Assembly: GCA_038087875.1 (NCBI GenBank)
Contig: CM075990.1
Coordinates: 3,474,001 to 3,538,000 of the forward strand
Length of the DNA: 64,000 bases
Source: Malacoraja senta
Taxonomy: Eukaryota
Reading direction: 5' to 3'
Below the pieces are notes generated by a model that ran no database searches, was not told where the DNA came from, and saw nothing but the letters and a program-made list of their open reading frames with translations. Shown here in pieces: positions 60,922-64,000 of this stretch (position 1 is its first letter; each line of letters begins with the position of its first letter). Both the position numbers and the translations under genes were made by a program.

Positions 60922-61170
60922 AAATAGACACAAAGTGCTGGAATAACTCAGCAGGTCAGGCAGCATCTCTGGAGAACAAGGATGGGTGACATTTCAGGTC
61001 GGGATCCTTCTTCAGTCTGGGTTCTTCAGAATTGGCTAGTCTGAAGAAGGGTCCCGACCAGAAATGTCACCCATCCTTTTATTACAGAGATGCTACCTGA
61101 CCCGCTGAGTTACTCCAGCACCTTGTGTCTATCTTTGGTATAAACAAGCTTCTGCAGTTCCTTTCTACGC
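60922..61170. mobile_element. Inverted pair of Penelope pLTRs with two hammerhead-like cores
   Basis: Minus-strand core at ~60983-61016 and plus-strand core at ~61039-61072. Confidence 0.7.
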
Positions 61171-61656
61171 ACTAATCCCTAACTACCCATGTGCTGTATC
61201 TCTAAAGTCTAAAGTCTAAACTGTAGGTGCTGGTTTACAAAGAAAAGGCACGACGTGCTGGAGTAACTCAGTGGGCCAGGCAGCTTCTCTGGAGAACATG
61301 GATAGGTGACATTTCCGGTCGGGACCCTTCTTCAGATATTTCTTCAGGTTGGATTATGAGTTGTATATATGATTCAAGAGTCAAGTGTGTTTTATTATAT
61401 GTCCCAAAACAGAATAATAAAGTTATCACTTCACAAGCAAAGAAAAGAGAGGCTGGGTAGGTTACGGAGCTGGTAAATCAGTAAGGTCGTCAAATCTTAC
61501 AGAGAAAAGGCAGGAGAATGGGGTTGAAAGGGAAAAATAGATAACCCATGATCGAATGGCGAATAGACTCGATAGGCCGAATGGCCTCATTCTGCTGCTA
61601 TGTCTTATGGTCTTATGGTCTAATTCAGCTTATGTATGTTCTCCTTGCTCGTTTTG

Positions 61657-61953
61657 CAGCACGGTGGCGCAGCAGTAGAGTTGCTGCCTTACAGCGCCAG
61701 AAACCCGGGTTCAATACTGACTACGGGTGCTGTCTGTACGGAGTTTGTACATTCTCCTCGTGACCTGCGCGGGTTTTCACCGGGATCTCCGGTTTCCTCC
61801 CACACTGCGAAGGCGTTCAGGTTTGTCGGCTAATTGGCTTGGTGCAATTGTTAATTATCCCTAGTGTGTGTAGGATAGTGTTAATGTGCGGGGATCGCAG
61901 GTCGGCGCGGACTCAGCGGGCTCTGTTTCCTTGCTGTATCTCTAAACTAAACT
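61657..61953 (+). mobile_element. V-SINE (HE1-like), full length
   Basis: A box, B box ggttcaatac, core and tail. Confidence 0.8.
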
Positions 61954-62769
61954 GAATAGTTCAGATCAGTTTATTGGCACGTGTACCGAGATAGAGTGAA
62001 AAGTTTTGGTTGCATGCTAACCAGTCGGCAGGAAAACAATACATGGTTAGAATTAAGCCATTCACAGTGCATGATAAACAAGTAACATTTAGTGCCAGAT
62101 AAAGCCAGTAAAGTCCGATCAAAGATAGTCCGAGGATGGCTGATTGCAGTCCGCACTGAATGGACAGGCCTTCCCAAAGTGCTTTGCTGCTTTCTAGAGG
62201 CCGAAGACAGAAATGTCACCGTGGGTGATGGAATGTTTTGTAACCTTGATGGTGAAGGTATTTAAATAGGATTATGATTGTAAAACCATACGTTTGCAGA
62301 GCCAAACCTGGGCCATGAGGTAAAACGGGTTAGTTTCCTTCAAAACAAAAACTTTATAAAAAACTTTAAAACGTTTGAGCACCTTGCCATCATATCTCAG
62401 ACTGTCTCGGATTTGATCACTTCCCACAGTCTGCCCCACACATTATTATTATTCTCTTATTATTCTCCAGCCCCGCACGGCCCGGTTTTACCTTCTCCCC
62501 AAAATCCATAAACAGAACTGCCCTGGAAGAAAGAAGGGTTTTGACCCAAAGCCTCACCTATCCTTTCTCTCCAGAGATGCTGCTTGATCCACTGAGTTAC
62601 TCCAGCACTTTGCATCTGTCATAGTTTCCGTAAGATCTTTGACATTTTGTGGGAACAATATGAGTCGATCTTATACAGCAGCACAAAATGCATGAGAGTG
62701 GTCTGTTCCACACCTGCAGTGTTCAGTCTTTAGCCAAGAATGATAATGAGACATTATCATTCTTGGCCG

Positions 62770-63110
62770 TGCAGGAAAAATGTTCTCAATGTTGGGCGAG
62801 TCCAGAACCAGGGGCCACAGTCTTAGAATAAAGGGGAGGTCATTTAAGACTGAGGTGAGAAAAAACGTTTTCACCCAGAGAGTTGTGAATTTGTGGAATT
62901 CCCTGCCACAGAGGGCAGTGGAGGCCAAGTCACTGGATGGATTTAAGAGAGAGTTAGATAGAGCTCTAGGGGCTAGTGGAGTCAAGTGATGTGGGGAGAA
63001 GGCAGGCACGGGTTATTGATAGTGGACGATCAGCCATGATCACAATGAATGGCGGTGCTGGCTTGAAGGGCCGAATGGCCTCCTCCTGCACCTATTTTCT
63101 ATGTTTCTAT
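62770..63110 (+). mobile_element. CR1/HER1-like LINE 3' fragment
   Basis: ORF 62780-62989 GESRTRGHSLRIKG..FTQRVVNLWNSLP. Confidence 0.85.
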
Positions 63111-63386
63111 GAGACGGGCAAGAGACTGCAGATGATGCAATCTGGTTTAAAAACAAACTGCCGGAAGAATTCCAGTGCGGTGCAGTGGCTCAGCGGTAGA
63201 GTTGCTGCCTTACGGCGTCAGAAACTCAAGTTCAATCCTATCGACGAGTGCTGTCTGTACAGAGTTTGCCTCTTTTCCCTGTGACTGCGTGGATTTTGTC
63301 CGGGAGCTCCGGTTTCCTCCCACATTCCAAAGATGTGCAGAGCTGTAGGTTAATTAGCTTCTGTAAATTTTAAATTGTCCCTAGTT

Positions 63387-64000
63387 GCTCAGATTACACT
63401 TAAAGAAATAGAAGAAACAATAAACTCATTGAAAAATGGCAAAACACCAGGACCAGATGGTTTTAGTAATGAATTCTACAGAAGATTCCACGAGATAATT
63501 TCTCCGCGCCTACAAAAATTATATATTCATGCCTTTAAAGAAAACACATTACCAGAAACATTAGCCGAATCAACTATTATACTTATACCAAAAAAAGATA
63601 AAGATCTAGAAGAACCAGGTTCATATAGAGCTATAGCACTCTTAAATACAGATCAGAAAATACTAGCAAAGACTTTAGCGAGAAGACTGAGTAAATACGT
63701 TAGTAAACTAATAAACCCGGATCAAACAGGGTTTATACCTAAAAGATACTCAGCCAAAAATTTGAGACGCTTGTTTAATATAATGTATTCACAAAAAACT
63801 GAAGAAGAAGATGTATCAATTATTTCATTGGATGCAAAAAAAGCATTTGATCAAGTAGAATGGCAATATCTATATAAAGTATTGCAAAAATTTAACATGG
63901 GAGAGAATTTTATCTCATGGGTAAAATTATTATATGACAAGCCGACTGCTAGAATACTGACTAACAATATGTTATCTTTAAAATTTCATTTAACAAGGGG
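63387..64000 (+). mobile_element. 5'-truncated L1-clade LINE ORF2 (RT region), running off the window end
   Basis: Uninterrupted frame AQITLKEIEE..KTPGPDGFSNEFY..YRAIALLNTDQK..DQTGFIPKR..SLDAKKAFDQVEW. Inserted in a SINE (63178-63386) and homologous to 21057-21670. Confidence 0.92.

Overview
Repeat-saturated, non-coding vertebrate DNA (intergenic or intronic). The repeat set points to a cartilaginous fish, probably a skate or ray (inference): HE1/V-SINE-like tRNA SINEs, HER1/CR1-like LINE 3' ends, Rex1/Babar, L2, L1, Tx1, Penelope, Tc1, hAT and a DeuSINE relic. I found no convincing host protein-coding exon. Every ORF with a recognisable product is a transposon remnant. The two most interesting signals are self-cleaving-RNA motifs carried by retroelements. 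(1) A complete HDV/CPEB3-like ribozyme fold starts at the first base of a 412-bp, TSD-bounded, internally deleted Vingi-like retroposon (51145-51556, minus strand). (2) Roughly 30 minimal hammerhead cores (CUGAAGA-stem II-GAAAC-GUH) sit in Penelope terminal repeats, many as inverted pairs. Also present: a 3.5-kb 5'-truncated L1 with TSD, a full-length IR/DR Tc1, hAT and P-like MITEs, a solo LTR nested in a palindromic MITE, a GC-rich retroposon family with no tRNA head, two minisatellites, a 200-N gap and several repeat-free islands that may be conserved non-coding elements. Family names come from motif recognition by eye, not database searches. Boundaries without a stated TSD are approximate.
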